A program made the position numbers and the translations under genes. This document shows, piece after piece, positions 1-10,725 of a stretch of DNA of 64,000 nt (within the stretch, counting starts at the first letter, position 1; the number at the start of each line of letters is the position of its first letter). Source of the DNA: an uncultured Bifidobacterium sp. (lineage in GTDB: Bacteria > Actinomycetota > Acidimicrobiia > Acidimicrobiales > Ilumatobacteraceae). The stretch is taken from assembly GCA_964540395.1 (NCBI GenBank), contig CAZIME010000003.1, forward strand, positions 11,800-75,799, read 5' to 3'. The notes under the pieces were generated by a model. It did no database searches. It had not been told where the DNA came from and saw only the letters and a list, made by a program, of their open reading frames with translations.

Positions 1-265
1 TCCGGTTGCGCATGATGGCAACGACGATCCCGAGTCCAACGACGACCTCGGCCGCGGCGACGACGAGCACGAAGAGCACGATGCTCTGTCCGTCGATGTC
101 GAGCAGGCGCTTCGACAGCGCAACGAACGACAGGTTCACCGCGTTGAGCATCAATTCGATGCACATGAACATGACGAGCGGGTTGCGTCGCACGAGGACC
201 CCGACGGTGCCGATCGTGAACAGGAGCGCGGCGAGAACGAGATACCAGGTGGTCGTCGGTGTCAT
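1..265 (-). CDS. nuoK: NADH-quinone oxidoreductase subunit K (C-terminal end cut by window edge)
   Basis: Own translation of the minus strand gives [53 protein letters not shown]..., which is ND4L/NuoK-like. The ATG at 263-265 overlaps the nuoJ stop (ATGA). It is absent from the ORF track because it has no stop inside the window. Confidence 0.9.
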   Translation of the reverse strand, partial: MTPTTTWYLVLAALLFTIGTVGVLVRRNPLVMFMCIELMLNAVNLSFVALSKRLLDIDGQSIVLFVLVVAAAEVVVGLGIVVAIMRNR

Positions 266-807
266 GACTGCTCCCCCGCTCCCGCACGACGACGTCGGGC
301 GAGCAGAACGGTTCCGACTACCGCCACGACGAGCAACACGGACGTGAGCTCGAATGCGACGACGTAATCTCCGAACACCGAACGGGCCAACTGCGCGATG
401 TTTGCGTCACCGTTCTCCGCATCGAGTTGGGTGGCAAGACCGCCTCCGCGCACGGCGAGAACGTCGTTGCCGCGGATCACCGCCGTGAGCAGGAGTGCGA
501 GTAGTCCCGCACCGACGACTGCGGCGAGCGAGCGTTGCGCGACGAGCGGTTCGGTCTTCAGATCCTCCGCCCGATCGACACCGAGGAGCATGATGACGAA
601 GAGAAAAAGCACGACGATTGCTCCGGCATACACGATCACCTGGACGGCGGCGAGGAAGTGCGCCTCCTGCGCGACGAAGAGGACCGCGACACCGAAAAGG
701 GTGAGAACGAGCGAGAGTGCGGCGTGAACGGGATTGCGCCGCACGATGACGCCGACGGCCCCGACGAGGCACATCGCCGCTGCGCAGAGGAAAACGAACA
801 GTTCCAT
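262..807 (-). CDS. nuoJ: NADH-quinone oxidoreductase subunit J
   Basis: 181 aa [37 protein letters not shown]..., with an ND6-like TM pattern. It sits between nuoI and nuoK. Confidence 0.92.
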   Translation of the reverse strand: MELFVFLCAAAMCLVGAVGVIVRRNPVHAALSLVLTLFGVAVLFVAQEAHFLAAVQVIVYAGAIVVLFLFVIMLLGVDRAEDLKTEPLVAQRSLAAVVGAGLLALLLTAVIRGNDVLAVRGGGLATQLDAENGDANIAQLARSVFGDYVVAFELTSVLLVVAVVGTVLLARRRRAGAGEQS

Positions 808-811
808 GCGG

Positions 812-1468
812 CTACTTCATGCCTCGCCCGTCAGCGGTGGCCTGATCGGGCTCCGCGGCGCGCACCCCGTAACCCAGCTCGCCGGCCCATGACACCACTC
901 CTTCGAACGATGCATCGCCCGCCGGGGCGGTCGCGCGCATCCACGCCGACGTGTTCGCATCTTCGCCCGGGCGCCAGTCCTCCCACGGCAGGTGCTTCGG
1001 TTTGCCGTCGTCACCGACGAGGAGTTCTTCCTTCGTGTAGATCGCATCTCGGCGGTTCGTGAACGAGAACTCGAACAACTTCGTCTCGGTGATCGCCTCG
1101 GTCGGGCATGCCTCGACGCAGAGATCACAGTGGATGCAGCGCAGATAGTTGATCTCGTAGATCCAGCCGAAGCGCTCACCGGGGGACGTCGGCGAATCTG
1201 GATCATTGTCGCGGCCGCGGACGTGGATGCACTTCGCCGGACACACGGCGGCGCACAGTTCGCACCCGATGCACTTCTCCATGCCGTCCTCGTAACGGTT
1301 GAGGACATGACGACCGTGCAAGCGCTCCGGCTTGTCGATCTTCTCATCCATCACCTCGGCCTTCTTCTTGTTGCGTCGGAAGACGCGGCCGCCCGAGTAC
1401 TGGGTGGTGACGCGGTTCTTGCGACCGTGCTGCCGGAACGTGACGAGGAATCCGCCGAGGTAACCCAT
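812..1468 (-). CDS. nuoI: NADH-quinone oxidoreductase subunit I
   Basis: Track ORF 812..2320 trimmed to the ATG at 1466-1468 ([11 protein letters not shown]...), which touches the nuoH stop. It has two 4Fe-4S motifs, [12 protein letters not shown] and [12 protein letters not shown]. Confidence 0.93.
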   Translation of the reverse strand: MGYLGGFLVTFRQHGRKNRVTTQYSGGRVFRRNKKKAEVMDEKIDKPERLHGRHVLNRYEDGMEKCIGCELCAAVCPAKCIHVRGRDNDPDSPTSPGERFGWIYEINYLRCIHCDLCVEACPTEAITETKLFEFSFTNRRDAIYTKEELLVGDDGKPKHLPWEDWRPGEDANTSAWMRATAPAGDASFEGVVSWAGELGYGVRAAEPDQATADGRGMK

Positions 1469-2685
1469 CAGAACTGTGCTCCTTCCCGTGCTCGGGTGCG
1501 TGCACTGGTGGCGAAGGCGAGGCTGAGCATCGCGTAACACGCCGCGAGAACGACGACGGCAATGACCGTCGTTGTGACGACACTCCATCCCTCGCTGCGC
1601 GCGAGGCGTTGTGCGGCGAGCAGGAGGAACCAGCCGAGCGATGCCGGGATGAGAACCTTCCACCCGAAGTCCATGAGCTGGTCGTATCGCAGCCGCGGCA
1701 GCGACGCCCGGAACCACACGTAGGCGTAGAGGAAGACGAGCACCTTGAGTACGAGCCAGATCGTCCCCTCGAGTGCGTTCGGGATGAACGGAATGTCGAG
1801 GATGTAGCCGTTGATCGCGATCGGCTGCGGGCCTCCGAAGAACAGCGTGACGATGAGCGCCGACATCGTCACCGTGTTCATGAACTCGGCGAGGAAGAAC
1901 AACGAGAAGCGCAGCGCCGAGTACTCGGTGTTGAAGCCGCCGACGAGTTCCTGCTCGGCCTCGACGAGATCGAACGGAGGTCGGTTGAGCTCGGCCGTAG
2001 CTGCAATGAGGAAGATGACGAACGGAACGACCCCGGTGGTGACGACGTGCCACGTACCGAGTGTCGACTGTGCGGCCACGATGCCGCTCGTCGACAGTGT
2101 TCCCGCGGTGAGCAGCACGGAGGCGAGCGAGAGGCCGAGCGCCGCCTCGTACGACACCATCTGGGCCGATGCCCGCACCGAGCCGAGCAACGGGTACTTC
2201 GAGCCGCTCGACCACCCTGCGAGCATGATTCCATACACCGCGATCGACGAGATCGCGAGGGCGAACAGCACACCCACGTGCGGGTCCGCGAGTTGCACCC
2301 TCGTCTCGACTCCGAACCACGTGACGATGCCGTCATTGCCGTTGCGCCAGTCACCACCGAGCGGGATGATCGCGAACGCGAGGAACGCCGGGACGAACGA
2401 GAGGAACGGAGCGAGGGCGAATACGAACCGGTCAGCACGGCTCGGAATGATGTCTTCCTTGAAAAACAACTTGATTCCGTCGGCAAGTGTCTGCAGCAAG
2501 CCGAACGGACCGGCCTTGTTCGGACCGATGCGGTTCTGCATACCGGCGACGACCTTGCGCTCGAACCAGACCATGAGCATCGTTGCGACAAGACCCGCGA
2601 CGAACACGGCGAGCACCTTGATACCGACGATTGCGAGATTCTGCCAGCCGAAGTCGCCCTGCAGTGCGGGATCGAGCGCGATCAT
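1468..2685 (-). CDS. nuoH: NADH-quinone oxidoreductase subunit H
   Basis: Track ORF 1468..2775 trimmed to the ATG at 2683-2685 (MIALDPALQ...), with an ATGA overlap on the nuoG stop. It is a multi-TM ND1-like protein ([17 protein letters not shown]). Confidence 0.93.
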   Translation of the reverse strand: MIALDPALQGDFGWQNLAIVGIKVLAVFVAGLVATMLMVWFERKVVAGMQNRIGPNKAGPFGLLQTLADGIKLFFKEDIIPSRADRFVFALAPFLSFVPAFLAFAIIPLGGDWRNGNDGIVTWFGVETRVQLADPHVGVLFALAISSIAVYGIMLAGWSSGSKYPLLGSVRASAQMVSYEAALGLSLASVLLTAGTLSTSGIVAAQSTLGTWHVVTTGVVPFVIFLIAATAELNRPPFDLVEAEQELVGGFNTEYSALRFSLFFLAEFMNTVTMSALIVTLFFGGPQPIAINGYILDIPFIPNALEGTIWLVLKVLVFLYAYVWFRASLPRLRYDQLMDFGWKVLIPASLGWFLLLAAQRLARSEGWSVVTTTVIAVVVLAACYAMLSLAFATSARTRAREGAQF

Positions 2686-5060
2686 CGAACGACCTCGATG
2701 GTGACATCCGTGACGTCGGCAGCATGGTCGATGAGTTCGCGCACGTCGGGGCCGTTCTGGTGCAGCGGCACCCATACGGTCCCGCGCGGCACGCTGACAT
2801 CCGCGTGTGCCGGGAGCGACACCGACGTCCGCTGACTGACGAGTCGAACGTGCCCGCCGGCCGAGACACCCGCGTGCACCATGTCGGCCGGGTTGAGGAA
2901 CGCACGGGACTCACCGACGAGCGGTGCGAGCGACGCGCTGCGCGCGGTACCGACGGCTCCGTCGTACAACTCACGCGACACGACGAGTCTGTGGTGGAAG
3001 CCGAGGCGCTGCGCCGGTGTCCGCGACGAGCGCGACATCGTGACGGGTTGCGGGTGCACGACGACGACACCCTCCCGGCGCACGGCGCGCGCATCGGCGG
3101 TGGGAGCGAAAGCGGGAACGCCGGCGACGAGGGCCGCATGCGCATCGGCGTAGGTCGTGACGCCGAGATCGACACCGAGCTGGGCCGCGAGCTCGACGGC
3201 AATCATCCAGTCGGGGCGGGACATGCCCGTCGCCGTCACCTTCTGGGCGACATCGCTGACGCGACCCTCGAGGTTCGTCGTCGTACCGACCTTCTCACCG
3301 AAAGCCGCGGCGGCGAGTACGACATCGGCGCGGGCCACCGACTCGGTGTGGTGCGTATCGACGGCGATGACGCTGCCGACCCGGGCGAAGGCACGACGCG
3401 CGAGGTCGGCATCCGGTACGTCGCTGAGCGGATCGGCTCCGAGCAACACGAGGCACTCGATGCGTCCCGCGGCGGCGGCCTCGAGCATGCCCACGGTGTC
3501 GAGGCCGTTACCCCGCGGCGCCAGTCCGGCGAGAACTGCGCCGCGTACGTTGGCGCGGCGCAACACGGGAAGGACACGCGCATCGGGAGCGGCGGCAAAC
3601 ACTTCGGCGAGACCGTGCAGGACGAACTCGGCCGACTCGGCGAGATTCGTGCGTCCGACGACCACGGTGACGGCACCACGACGCAACTGCTCCGCAACGG
3701 CGGGGGTGGCCACGAGATCGCGCACCACTCGCGATTGATCACCGGATTCGCACGTGACCGACTGCCATGCGTAGGGAGTGAGACCCGACGCACGTGTCGT
3801 CACTTCGATGATGCGGGCGCGACGCTTCTGCGCGGCGTCCCGCAGGCGCAGATAGAGAACCGGCGCTTCTTCCTTGAGGTCGGGTGCGAGGAGGATGACG
3901 GTCGGCGAAGATGCCGCGTCGGCGATCGTGGCCTGCGGGAGCGCAAACACCTCGTTGGGCAATCCGTCGCCCAGGTGTGCATCACGATTGGTGATGCCGA
4001 CCGCTTCGGCGAGTCGGGACCACATGTACGCGTCCTCGTTGGTACCGCGTGCGCCGCCGATGATGCCGATCGCGTTCGCGCCTTTGGACTGATCCGACAG
4101 GGTCGTTCGCAGGATCCGACCGGCGCGCTCGAGTGCCGTCGCCCAGTTCGTTGCGACGAGTGCGTCGCCTTCCCGCACGAGCGGCGCCGTGATCCGATCG
4201 TCAGATCGCAGAGCTTCGAAGTTGAAGCGTCCCTTGTCGCACAGCCATCCCCAGTTCACCGATTCGACGTCGACACCTTGGTAACGCACGATCTCGTCGC
4301 GGCTGCTCTGGACGACGACGCGACAACCAACGGAGCACGTCGTGCACGTGCTCTCCACCTGCTCGAGGTCCCACGGGCGGGCCTTGAAACGGTACGGGGT
4401 TGCGGTGAGCGCGCCGACCGGGCAGATCTGCACCGTGTTGCCGGAGAAGTACGAACTGAACGGCTCGTCCGGGAAGGTCATCACCTGCGTGTTGTTACCG
4501 CGACTGGTGAACGAAATGAGTGGATCACCGGCGACCTCGTCGGCGAATCGCGTGCACCGGTCGCAGAGGATGCAACGCTCACGGTCGAGGTACACGAGTT
4601 CGCTGATCGGGATCGGCTTCTCGTAGTGGCGCTTTTCCTCGACGAATCGACTCTCGCCGGGTCCGTGCGAGAAGGCCTGGTCCTGCAGCGGACACTCGCC
4701 TCCCTTGTCACACACCGGGCAGTCGAGCGGATGGTTGGCGAGCAGCAACTCGAGCACGCCTTCCTGCGCCCGCTTCACGGTGTCACTGTTCGTCGTCACC
4801 GCCTGGCCCTCGGCCACCGGTGTCATGCACGACACCACCATCATCTTTCCGCGCGGACCGTCGACCTCGACGAGACACTGTCGGCACATTCCGACGGGCG
4901 TCATGCGCGGGTGGTAACAGAAGTGGGGAACGTACGAGCCGGCGTCCTGACACGCATCGATGACAAGTTGACCGGGCTGCGCTTCGTGCGCCCGACCGTC
5001 GATCGTCACCGAGACCGTCGTCTTCGGTGCCGCCGTTTCCGCTGCGGATGTGTCAGCCAT
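2682..5060 (-). CDS. nuoG: NADH-quinone oxidoreductase subunit G
   Basis: Start at MADTSAAE (ATG 5058-5060). N-terminal Fe-S Cys clusters are present (CYHPRMTPVGMCRQC, HPLDCPVCDKGGEC, CILCDRCTRF), followed by a molybdopterin-oxidoreductase-like body. Confidence 0.93.
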   Translation of the reverse strand: MADTSAAETAAPKTTVSVTIDGRAHEAQPGQLVIDACQDAGSYVPHFCYHPRMTPVGMCRQCLVEVDGPRGKMMVVSCMTPVAEGQAVTTNSDTVKRAQEGVLELLLANHPLDCPVCDKGGECPLQDQAFSHGPGESRFVEEKRHYEKPIPISELVYLDRERCILCDRCTRFADEVAGDPLISFTSRGNNTQVMTFPDEPFSSYFSGNTVQICPVGALTATPYRFKARPWDLEQVESTCTTCSVGCRVVVQSSRDEIVRYQGVDVESVNWGWLCDKGRFNFEALRSDDRITAPLVREGDALVATNWATALERAGRILRTTLSDQSKGANAIGIIGGARGTNEDAYMWSRLAEAVGITNRDAHLGDGLPNEVFALPQATIADAASSPTVILLAPDLKEEAPVLYLRLRDAAQKRRARIIEVTTRASGLTPYAWQSVTCESGDQSRVVRDLVATPAVAEQLRRGAVTVVVGRTNLAESAEFVLHGLAEVFAAAPDARVLPVLRRANVRGAVLAGLAPRGNGLDTVGMLEAAAAGRIECLVLLGADPLSDVPDADLARRAFARVGSVIAVDTHHTESVARADVVLAAAAFGEKVGTTTNLEGRVSDVAQKVTATGMSRPDWMIAVELAAQLGVDLGVTTYADAHAALVAGVPAFAPTADARAVRREGVVVVHPQPVTMSRSSRTPAQRLGFHHRLVVSRELYDGAVGTARSASLAPLVGESRAFLNPADMVHAGVSAGGHVRLVSQRTSVSLPAHADVSVPRGTVWVPLHQNGPDVRELIDHAADVTDVTIEVVR

Positions 5061-6405
5061 GGCTCGCCACCGCATGTCCGAAGATCGGTTCGACGCCGGC
5101 GATGGCGTGACCGTGCTCGACGTAGTGCTCGAACTCGTGACGGAAGCGCCGCACCGCCGAGGCGATAGGCGACACGGCCGACGGACCGAGCGGGCAGATC
5201 GTCGTCTGCCTGGGCGGCCACGCGATGCCGGGGCTGATGCTCTCGCTGATTTCCATGAGAAGGTCGATGTCCTGCGCGCGACCGTGTCCGTCGAGCATGC
5301 GCTTCAGCACCTTCTCCAACCAGTTCGTTCCCTCGCGGCACGGCGTGCACTTGCCGCAGGATTCGCGCGCAAAGAAGCGCACGATGCGCCAGCATGCGGC
5401 GACCATGTCGGTGGTCTCGTCCATGACGACGATCGCACCCGATCCGAGCATCGATCCGGCCTTGTCGACCGTCGGCTTGTCGAGCGGCATGTCGAGGTGC
5501 TCATCGAAGAACCACATTGCCGATGCGCCGCCGGGAATGAAGGCCTTCACCCGTCGTCCGCCGCGTACGCCACCGCAGTACTCGTCCGCCTCGAACAACA
5601 TGCGGAAGGTCGTCACGCCGTTCGGCACCTCGAACACGCCGGGACGCTTGACGTGTCCGCTCACCGCGAACATGCGCATGCCCGTCGACGTCGGCGCACC
5701 GATCTCCTTGAACGATGCGCCGCCGCGACCGACGATCCACGGAACGTTCGAGAGCGTCTCGACGTTGTTCACGATCGTCGGCTGCATGTACAGACCCTTC
5801 ACCGCCGGGAAGAACGGGGGCTTCAGGCGCGGCATACCACGCTCCCCTTCGAGGCTCTCGATGAGTGCCGTTTCCTCGCCGACGATGTAGGCGCCCGCTC
5901 CCCATGTGAGCGTGATGTCGGCGGAAAAACCCGAGCCGCACACGTTGCGTCCGATCATTCCGTTCGCATACGCATCGTTGATCGCCGCCGCGAGACGCTC
6001 CTGCGCGAGTGCCATTTCGCCACGTACGTAGAGGAACGCGTGCGGTGCGTTGAGTGCGTAACAGGCGAGCATGATGCCCTCGATGAGCTGGTGCGGGTCG
6101 CGCTCCATGAGCAGGCGGTCCTTGTACGTGCCGGGTTCGCTCTCGTCACCGTTGATGACGAGGTAGCGCGGGTGCACACCGGCCGGGAGGAACCCCCACT
6201 TCGTTCCGGCGGGAAAACCTGCTCCGCCGCGGCCCTGGATCTCGGCTGCCTTCACTTCATCGTGTACCTGCTGCGGCGTCATCGCCGTGACGGCCTTACG
6301 CAGCGCTTCGTATCCGCCGGTGCGCACGTAACCGTCGTACGTGTGACCATCGGCCTGATCGAATCGGGTGGTGATGAGTCGGGGTCCGGTCGGTACTGCG
6401 CTCAT
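5053..6405 (-). CDS. nuoF: NADH-quinone oxidoreductase subunit F
   Basis: Track ORF trimmed to the ATG at 6403-6405 (MSAVPTGPRL...), with an ATGA overlap on the nuoE stop. It has the GRGGAGFPAGTKWGF motif and ESCGKCTPCREG. Confidence 0.95.
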   Translation of the reverse strand: MSAVPTGPRLITTRFDQADGHTYDGYVRTGGYEALRKAVTAMTPQQVHDEVKAAEIQGRGGAGFPAGTKWGFLPAGVHPRYLVINGDESEPGTYKDRLLMERDPHQLIEGIMLACYALNAPHAFLYVRGEMALAQERLAAAINDAYANGMIGRNVCGSGFSADITLTWGAGAYIVGEETALIESLEGERGMPRLKPPFFPAVKGLYMQPTIVNNVETLSNVPWIVGRGGASFKEIGAPTSTGMRMFAVSGHVKRPGVFEVPNGVTTFRMLFEADEYCGGVRGGRRVKAFIPGGASAMWFFDEHLDMPLDKPTVDKAGSMLGSGAIVVMDETTDMVAACWRIVRFFARESCGKCTPCREGTNWLEKVLKRMLDGHGRAQDIDLLMEISESISPGIAWPPRQTTICPLGPSAVSPIASAVRRFRHEFEHYVEHGHAIAGVEPIFGHAVASHG

Positions 6406-6986
6406 CGTTCGTCGGCCTTTCGCTGTGCCTCGACTCCCGCATTGCTCCACTTGTCCGTGGTGCGTTGACGCACCGTGGCGAGGGTGCCGTGTGCCGGCAC
6501 GTCGCTGCGGCGTCCGGACGCGAGATCGTCGATGAGTGCGTCGAAGGATTTGGGCGTCACCTTGTACTCGTAGCGGTAGTTCACCTGCAGTGCCGGTGCC
6601 TCCGTGCACGCGGCGATGCACTCGACGTCCTCGAGTGTGAACTTCTCGTCGTCGGTCGTGCTGCCGGCCTTGATCCCCAGTTTCTCCTCGGCATGGTGAA
6701 GGAGATCCCACGCGCCGAGCAGCTGGCACGAGATGTTCGTGCACACGTTGATGCAGTAGCGACCGACGGGTTGGAACTTGAACATCTCGTAGAAACTCGC
6801 CGTTCCGTACACATCCGCCGCCGTGGTGCCGACGAGTTCGGCGATGTGCACCATCGCGTCCTGGGTGACGTAGCCGTCCTGTTCCTGGGCGAGATGGAGC
6901 AGCGGAATGGTTGCGGACTTGCGGCGCGGAAAACGCGCGATGATCTCGTGTGCGATCTCGACGTTGGCCGGCGACAGACGACTCAT
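6402..6986 (-). CDS. nuoE: NADH-quinone oxidoreductase subunit E
   Basis: Trimmed to the ATG at 6984-6986 (MSRLSPANVEIAHEII...), with an ATGA overlap on the nuoD stop. The 2Fe-2S Cys pattern is NVCTNISC ... ECIAACTEAP. Confidence 0.93.
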   Translation of the reverse strand: MSRLSPANVEIAHEIIARFPRRKSATIPLLHLAQEQDGYVTQDAMVHIAELVGTTAADVYGTASFYEMFKFQPVGRYCINVCTNISCQLLGAWDLLHHAEEKLGIKAGSTTDDEKFTLEDVECIAACTEAPALQVNYRYEYKVTPKSFDALIDDLASGRRSDVPAHGTLATVRQRTTDKWSNAGVEAQRKADER

Positions 6987-8326
6987 CGGTCGACCTCGCC
7001 GAGCACGGGATCGATGGACGAGATGACTGCGACGGCGTCGGCGACCAGACCGCCGCGCATCATGTGCGGCAGGCACTGGACATTGACGAAGCTCGGCGCG
7101 CGCACGTGCATGCGGTACGGGGTCGACGATCCGTCGCTGGCGATGTAGCAACCGATCTCGCCGCGCGGGGACTCGATCGCCACGTACACCTCGCCCTCGG
7201 GAACCTTGAATCCCTCGGTGAAGATCTTGAAGTGGTGGATGAGAGCTTCCATCGACTCGTCGATGCGACCGCGCGGGGGCGGCGTCACCTTCTTGTTCTG
7301 GATGCGGTAGTTGCCTGCGGGCATCCGGTCGAGGATCTGGCGCACGATGCGCATGGATTCGCGGATCTCCTGCAGTCGAATGGCGTACCGGTCGTACGCA
7401 TCGCCGTGCACTCCGACAACGACGTCGAACTCGACGTCGTTGTAACGGAGGTACGGCACGTCCTTGCGCAGGTCCCACGCGATACCCGTCGAGCGCAGGA
7501 TCGGCCCCGTGGCGGCGAGGGCGACGGCCTCGTCCTGGGTGATCACACCGACGCCCTGGAGACGTTCGCGCCAGATCGGCTGACCCGTCATCAAGACTTC
7601 GTATTCCTCGAGTCGGGGCGGAATCTCGTCGAGCAGATGGAGCACGTCGTCGCGCCATCCCGCCGGCAGGTCGGCGGCGAGACCACCGGGACGGATGAAG
7701 TTGTGGTTCATCCGCAGTCCGGTCACCTTCTGGAAGAAGCGCAGCACCTGCTCGCGTTCGCGCCAGCCGTACAACATCATCGACACGGCACCGAGGTCCA
7801 TGCCGTTCGTCGCCATGAACAGGAGGTGACTGCTCATGCGGTTGAGCTCCGACAGCAGCATGCGCATCCACACGGCACGCTCGGGGATGTCACCGTCGAT
7901 GCCGAGCAGTTTCTCGGTCGCCATCGAGAACACGAGTTCGTTGTTCAGCGGCGAGAGATAGTCCATGCGCGTTACGTTCGTTCCGCCCTGCATGAACGTC
8001 AGCGACTCGCCCGTCTTTTCCATGCCGGTGTGCAGGTAACCGATGATCGGCTTGCAGCGCAGCACCGTCTCGCCCTGGAGTTCGAGCATGAGTCGCAACA
8101 CGCCGTGGGTACTCGGATGCTGAGGACCCATGTTGATGATCATCGTCTGGTCCTCATCGGGATCCGTCCCCACCGAGGTGAGTGCAGCTGCATCGGCTTC
8201 ACTCATCCGCAGAACCGCACCGGACTCGCGCATGAGTTCCTTGTGGCCGACGATCGATCGTGGCTGGAGTTCCTGAGCACCCTCGGAGGTACCCGCGGAA
8301 ACGATGCGCGGTTCGACGGTCGTCAC
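6983..8326 (-). CDS. nuoD: NADH-quinone oxidoreductase subunit D
   Basis: GTG at 8324-8326 (VTTVEPRIV...) overlaps the nuoC stop. It carries the MGPQHPSTHGVLRL signature. Confidence 0.93.
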   Translation of the reverse strand: MTTVEPRIVSAGTSEGAQELQPRSIVGHKELMRESGAVLRMSEADAAALTSVGTDPDEDQTMIINMGPQHPSTHGVLRLMLELQGETVLRCKPIIGYLHTGMEKTGESLTFMQGGTNVTRMDYLSPLNNELVFSMATEKLLGIDGDIPERAVWMRMLLSELNRMSSHLLFMATNGMDLGAVSMMLYGWREREQVLRFFQKVTGLRMNHNFIRPGGLAADLPAGWRDDVLHLLDEIPPRLEEYEVLMTGQPIWRERLQGVGVITQDEAVALAATGPILRSTGIAWDLRKDVPYLRYNDVEFDVVVGVHGDAYDRYAIRLQEIRESMRIVRQILDRMPAGNYRIQNKKVTPPPRGRIDESMEALIHHFKIFTEGFKVPEGEVYVAIESPRGEIGCYIASDGSSTPYRMHVRAPSFVNVQCLPHMMRGGLVADAVAVISSIDPVLGEVDR

Positions 8327-8820
8327 GACGCCGCTCCCTTGAACTGCACGGGAATCCGGCCTTGCGCGTAATCCTTGCGCAACGGATGCCCCTCCCAATC
8401 CTCGGGCATGAGGATTCGCGTGAGGTCGGGGTGTCCGTCGAAACGGATGCCGAACATGTCGTACACCTCGCGCTCCATCGCCTCGGTTGCGGGATAAAGA
8501 TCGAACAACGACGCAACCGTCTCGCCGTCGGCAACCTGGGTGCGTACCCGGACGCGGCGTTTGTGCTGCAGCGAAAGCAGGTTGACGACGACCTCGAATC
8601 GCTCGGCCGTCACACCGACGGGTAGCGACCGCTGCGGGTGAACGAGGTAATCGACCGCGGTGAGGTCGACGCACATCTGGTAGCCGTCCTCGTACAGCCC
8701 GCGACAAAGGTTGAGGTGCTCGGTACGTGCGGCGTGCACGACGTGCTGACCGAAGCGCGTTTCGCTCGGGCAACCGTGCACGAGCACAGGGCTCGCCTGC
8801 GTCGTCGCGTCGTCGGACAC
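8323..8820 (-). CDS. nuoC: NADH-quinone oxidoreductase subunit C
   Basis: GTG at 8818-8820 lies just after the nuoB stop. It has the 30-kDa subunit motif EREVYDMFGIRFDGHPDLTRILMPEDWEGHPLRKDY. The start is uncertain. Confidence 0.88.
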   Translation of the reverse strand: MSDDATTQASPVLVHGCPSETRFGQHVVHAARTEHLNLCRGLYEDGYQMCVDLTAVDYLVHPQRSLPVGVTAERFEVVVNLLSLQHKRRVRVRTQVADGETVASLFDLYPATEAMEREVYDMFGIRFDGHPDLTRILMPEDWEGHPLRKDYAQGRIPVQFKGAAS

Positions 8821-8821
8821 G

Positions 8822-9406
8822 TCAGCGGCCCTGCAATGCGACGGGCACGGTGAGACCAGCGGGCACCTCTTGAATGTGGACGTCGGCGCCCGCGCCGGTC
8901 GCTGCACGGCGACGCATGATCTCGCCGTCCTCGATGAGCTGGTGCAGGGTTTCGATCGCATGGATGAGGGTCTCCGGTGTCGGTGGACAACCCGGTGCGT
9001 ACACGTCGACGGGGACGATCTGATCGACGCCCTGCACGATGGCGTAGTTGTTGAACATTCCGCCGCTGCTCGCGCAGACGCCCATAGAGATGACCCACTT
9101 CGGTTCCATCATCTGGTCGTACACCTGTCGCAGTACCGGGGCCATCTTCTGGCTGACGCGGCCGGCAACGATCATGATGTCGGCCTGGCGCGGTGACGCA
9201 CGGAACACTTCCATGCCGAAGCGGGCGATGTCGTAGTGCGGTGCCCCGGTGCCCATCATCTCGATGGCGCAACACGCAAGCCCGAACGTCGCACCCCAGC
9301 TTGAACGCGAACGCGACCACTTCACGAGATCCTCGATGCGACCGGTGAGGAAGTTGTGGCGCATCCCTCCGAGACCCTCGTCGGCAATGTCGCGCAGGAC
9401 GCTCAC
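8822..9406 (-). CDS. nuoB: NADH-quinone oxidoreductase subunit B
   Basis: GTG at 9404-9406 overlaps the nuoA stop; an alternative ATG ends at 9364. Motifs are [20 protein letters not shown] and APGCPP. Confidence 0.92.
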   Translation of the reverse strand: MSVLRDIADEGLGGMRHNFLTGRIEDLVKWSRSRSSWGATFGLACCAIEMMGTGAPHYDIARFGMEVFRASPRQADIMIVAGRVSQKMAPVLRQVYDQMMEPKWVISMGVCASSGGMFNNYAIVQGVDQIVPVDVYAPGCPPTPETLIHAIETLHQLIEDGEIMRRRAATGAGADVHIQEVPAGLTVPVALQGR

Positions 9407-9873
9407 CGTGAACCCACCAGTTCGGAGTTGCGCTCGCGACCTTCGAGACCCACGATTCGTACGTTGCAACCGGGCTCGGCAACGACTCCGACGTCGACGA
9501 GAGGGGCATCCTTCTTTATCGGACCCCAATCGAGTGCACCACGCGCCACGACGTACACGAACGCAACGAAGAACACCGCGCTGAACGCGACGATCTCCCA
9601 GAAGACGAATGCACCGAGTTCACGTTGCGAAACGGCGTACGGGTAGGCAAAGACGATCTCGATGTCGAACATGATGAACAACATCGCAACGACGTAGAAC
9701 GACACCGGGAAGCGCTCGGGGGCCTCGCGACTCGGCACGATGCCGCATTCGTACGGCGCGAGCTTTGCGCTGTTCGGCCGACGCGGCGCGAGGAGCTTCG
9801 ATGCGACGATGCTGATTGCGCCGAATCCGATGGCAAGCACCATCAGCACGATGATCGGAAGATACTGACCCAC
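9403..9873 (-). CDS. nuoA: NADH-quinone oxidoreductase subunit A (with C-terminal extension)
   Basis: 156 aa, ND3-like (PYECG, FDIEIVF). About 35 extra hydrophilic residues follow the last TM. Confidence 0.9.
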   Translation of the reverse strand: MGQYLPIIVLMVLAIGFGAISIVASKLLAPRRPNSAKLAPYECGIVPSREAPERFPVSFYVVAMLFIMFDIEIVFAYPYAVSQRELGAFVFWEIVAFSAVFFVAFVYVVARGALDWGPIKKDAPLVDVGVVAEPGCNVRIVGLEGRERNSELVGSR

Positions 9874-9891
9874 GTGCCGCTGTGCCCCGGA

Positions 9892-10725
9892 TCAGACCTT
9901 GTCGAGTTCTCGGTCGAGTTCTCGCGCAGCAGCCAGGTTCTGGCGCAGGATGAGATCGCGACGGTGCAACATCCAGCACAGGATGAGGAAGATCAGCGTC
10001 GAGCCGAGCGTGATGAAAATCGCCGGCTGACGTTTGTTGCCGAGGTCGCGAATCATGTGCACGTAACGGCGGTCCTGCGTCTCGTCGATCTTCGGTCGCG
10101 AGGGGGCACGACCCGGTTCGACGCGCTGCGGAAGCACCGGGGCGACTTCGACGAGCGCGTAACGCGGCTCGTGGAAGAAGGCGAAGAAGTCGAGTGTCTC
10201 GTTGACCTTCGGCCAACGCTCGCCGCCGCGTTCGTAGACAGCGACAGAGACGAACTCACCGGCGTCGAATTCACCCGCCTCGTTGATGAGGATGACGTCC
10301 GACGAGGCGACTGCCTGACCACGCTGAGGGTCCGACTCTTCGAGGCGCACCCATCCGTCCGCTTCGAGCGCAGTGGCGACGTTCGCCGCGGTTTCCACCG
10401 GGGTGGCACCGGGCTGCACCGAACCTGCGACGATCTCGGCGTTCTGCAGGAGTCGTGCATCGCGCACGATCGTTGCCGGTTCGGCGGGCTGCCAGGTGGG
10501 TGAGGCACCGGTGAGACCGATTCCGTATATCCACCACACGGCTCCCATGATCGCCATCCAGCCGAAGAATCCGCCGAGGATGACGAGAATGCCGAGTCGG
10601 GCGCCGAGGTTCGAGCCGACGATGAGGTACGTGCCGCCGATGAGCGCCACCGCCATCGTGATGACGACGATGATTCCGCGGAGGGTCGGCTCCCAGTTGA
10701 TTGCGAGGAGTGTTGCCAACGTCAT
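9892..10725 (-). CDS. Integral membrane protein, family not recognised
   Basis: 277 aa with three N-terminal TM helices, a hydrophilic middle and one C-terminal TM. Its ATG directly abuts the TAA of the upstream cytochrome c gene, and it ends 18 bp before nuoA. Confidence 0.7.
   Translation of the reverse strand: MTLATLLAINWEPTLRGIIVVITMAVALIGGTYLIVGSNLGARLGILVILGGFFGWMAIMGAVWWIYGIGLTGASPTWQPAEPATIVRDARLLQNAEIVAGSVQPGATPVETAANVATALEADGWVRLEESDPQRGQAVASSDVILINEAGEFDAGEFVSVAVYERGGERWPKVNETLDFFAFFHEPRYALVEVAPVLPQRVEPGRAPSRPKIDETQDRRYVHMIRDLGNKRQPAIFITLGSTLIFLILCWMLHRRDLILRQNLAAARELDRELDKV

Noticed and set aside
812-2320. Long N-terminal extensions of track ORFs. The ORFs affected are 812..2320, 1468..2775, 5053..6744, 6402..7871, 6983..8773, 8323..8961, 8822..9529, 10726..11889, 21111..22091, 31523..32821, 38684..40405, 40570..42144 and 51935..53260.
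   Set aside because: The extensions run through the upstream gene in another frame and are Arg-rich. The conserved protein sequence begins at an internal ATG or GTG that overlaps or abuts the upstream stop codon, so I trimmed the starts.
2631-5168. 845-aa plus-strand ORF, the longest in the track.
   Set aside because: It lies entirely antisense to the well-supported nuoG. Its translation is Arg/Asp/His/Gly-rich low-complexity sequence typical of off-frames in GC-rich DNA, and no motif is recognisable.
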